Assembly (NCBI GenBank): GCA_045589595.1
Contig: JAZNPK010000002.1
Span: 76,395 to 140,394, forward strand
Direction of reading: 5' to 3'
Source of the DNA: Victivallales bacterium
GTDB taxonomy: Bacteria; Verrucomicrobiota; Lentisphaeria; Victivallales; UBA1829
Length of the DNA stretch: 64,000 bases
Shown here piece by piece: positions 62,617 through 64,000 of this stretch (positions are counted from its first letter, which is position 1; every line of letters starts with the position of its first letter). A program made the position numbers and the translations under genes. The notes beneath the pieces were generated by a model. The model worked only from the letters and a program-made list of their open reading frames with translations. It had not been told where the DNA came from and ran no database searches.

Positions 62617-62685
62617 CGTCTTATCACTCCAATCTTATCTGATTCTTTACTTGTCCGCGCAATATATCACAACTTTCACCAACTG

Positions 62686-63513
62686 TCAAGCCAGTCTGCT
62701 GCAAACAAGATCCGGTTTCAGATCACCAGTCGCCGTTTCCGCCATCTCTGCCGTGGTGAAGCCGGTCATGACCAGCACGGATGTCAGACCGTTCCGGTTG
62801 GCACCCTGAATATCACTGGTCAGCAGGTCGCCCACCGCCGCAACGGCGGAAGGATTCCGGATGCCGAAGCGGGACAATGCCACTTCATAGATCGGGGTAT
62901 GGGGTTTGCCGAGCAGGATACGTTCCTTGCGGATACCCCGTTCCTCCAGCAGACGGATGACCAGTTCCATCTGTCCGTTGGAGCAAATGTGAAAACCATT
63001 CTGCAGCGGACAGAGGATATCCGGATTGGATACGATCAGCGGTTTTTCCGGAAACACAATAAAAAAGTTCAGCACAGCCGTCATGATCACCCGCCAGTCG
63101 TAAACACTGCCGTTGTGCAGAACACCGTCACATTCCATGATCTTTGCCGGATCTGTTTCAAACCGGACAACGCCCGGAATATCTTCGCATTTGCCGATCA
63201 GAAAACAGTTCCACTCTTTGCCGCCGTTATTATGGTTGCGGAACCACGGCTCCACCGCGTCGCGGCAGGTCACGATATTTTCCTGACTGACCGGCAGCCC
63301 GATCTTGTTCAGACGCCCCGCAATGCGTTCCCGCGTATCCGAGGAATTGTTGGAGAGACACCCGAAGGGAACGCCGTCCTCACGCAGCCGCGTCAGCAGT
63401 TCCACTGCGCCCGGAATGGGCGTCCCGCCCAGCCACAGCGTACCATCGATGTCGAACAGGAACGCTTCAAAACGCTTCCGGTCCTCCAGATAAACTTCAA
63501 GAAGGGTTTTCAT
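62686..63513 (-). CDS. HAD-superfamily hydrolase, subfamily IIA (NagD-like phosphatase)
   Basis: 275 aa. FLFDIDGTLWLGGTPIPGAVELL, CLSNNSS, VGDLLTSDIQGA. Confidence 0.8.
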   Translation of the reverse strand: MKTLLEVYLEDRKRFEAFLFDIDGTLWLGGTPIPGAVELLTRLREDGVPFGCLSNNSSDTRERIAGRLNKIGLPVSQENIVTCRDAVEPWFRNHNNGGKEWNCFLIGKCEDIPGVVRFETDPAKIMECDGVLHNGSVYDWRVIMTAVLNFFIVFPEKPLIVSNPDILCPLQNGFHICSNGQMELVIRLLEERGIRKERILLGKPHTPIYEVALSRFGIRNPSAVAAVGDLLTSDIQGANRNGLTSVLVMTGFTTAEMAETATGDLKPDLVCSRLA

Positions 63514-63521
63514 CTGCGGGA

Positions 63522-64000
63522 TCAGTTGTCTTTCCGGATCTCGTTCTGCATGGCGACCAGCCCTTCCGCACCGTATTTTTTGCGGAGCAGGGGCTTTTCG
63601 ATTTTGCCCGTCGGATTCCGGGGGACATCCGCAAAGATGATCTTCCGGGGACGCTGATAACGGGGCAGATCCAGACAGAAATTCTGCACGTCTTCTTCCG
63701 TAAGTGTGAAGCCCGGCTTGATCTCAATGATGGCAGCCGCGATCTCACCCAGACGGCTGTCCGGCAGTCCGATCACAGCCACATCCTTGATGGCATTGTT
63801 CTTGCGGAGGAAGTCTTCGATCTGGACCGGATACAGGTTCTCACCGCCGGTGATGATCACATCTTTTTTGCGGTCAACAAGATAGATGAAGCCTTCCGCA
63901 TCTTCCTGCGCCATGTCGCCGGTATAAAGCCAGCCATCGGCATCCAACACTTCCAATGTGGCTTTTTCGTCTTTGTAGTAACATTTCATCACGCCGTCGC
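63522..64000 (-). CDS. AMP-dependent acyl-CoA synthetase/ligase, C-terminal part (gene continues beyond window end)
   Basis: The reverse frame is open to base 64000. WLYTGDMAQEDAEGFIYLVDRKKDVIITGGENLYP and PRNPTGKIEK are the ANL-superfamily A8/A10 motifs. Confidence 0.85.
   Translation of the reverse strand, partial: DGVMKCYYKDEKATLEVLDADGWLYTGDMAQEDAEGFIYLVDRKKDVIITGGENLYPVQIEDFLRKNNAIKDVAVIGLPDSRLGEIAAAIIEIKPGFTLTEEDVQNFCLDLPRYQRPRKIIFADVPRNPTGKIEKPLLRKKYGAEGLVAMQNEIRKDN

Noticed and set aside
61627-63657. A 676-aa plus-strand ORF spanning the region of 61501..62616 and 62686..63513.
   Set aside because: It is antisense to two minus-strand genes with clear family motifs (HAD-IIA DxDGT; the ANL ligase next door). 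Its product is Arg/Gly/His/Phe-rich with no motifs and runs straight through an intergenic gap.

Overview
This 64-kb window is a moderately GC-rich chromosomal segment that looks like core genome from a diderm bacterium. The diderm call rests on a Pal/OmpA lipoprotein, a LolCDE-like exporter, a YdbH/AsmA-like protein, Tad-pilus genes and a PilD-type prepilin peptidase. The many Gfo/Idh/MocA oxidoreductases, the sugar kinases and isomerases, the RRM RNA-binding protein and rubrerythrin suggest a sugar-degrading anaerobe, possibly of the PVC group; that is inference only. I support about 55 protein-coding genes and 5 tRNAs, all on the minus strand and all with encoded CCA: Met/CAT, Asn/GTT, Lys/TTT, Leu/TAG and Gln/TTG. 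I found no rRNA, CRISPR array, transposase, integrase, phage gene or recognisable defence system. The ORF track prints alternative start codons (TTG, GTG, ATT) as M and contains many long antisense shadow ORFs. I trimmed starts and chose strands by recognisable family motifs, ribosome-binding sites and operon context. Notable gene content: a Tad-type pilus operon (stand-alone SAF protein, CpaB, FHA-fused CpaF, TadB) led by a Cmk-thioesterase fusion; fucI; rbsK with a GRP-type sugar transporter; a NadE whose glutaminase triad is lost; mutL; gnd; rubrerythrin; ispD; a kdgK-like kinase; ilvE; infA-map-adk; a MoxR-DUF58-transglutaminase triad; a Lys/Ala-repeat secreted protein followed by an ABC-2/GldG/DUF4340 cluster; thiD, an amidase and sbcDC. 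The most unusual signals are non-coding. (1) Four 140-170-nt closed four-way-junction (cloverleaf-like) inverted-repeat elements each enclose an intrinsic terminator immediately after a stop codon (8810-8956, 23444-23583, 26827-26992, 30044-30200). (2) A tRNA-Asn-linked repeat region (31363-32067) holds a duplicated tRNA 3' end plus terminator unit and a 223-bp tandem repeat whose 85-nt three-hairpin core is identical between copies. Non-CDS coordinates were derived by hand, mostly anchored by codon-walking against track ORFs, and should be treated as +/-2 nt.
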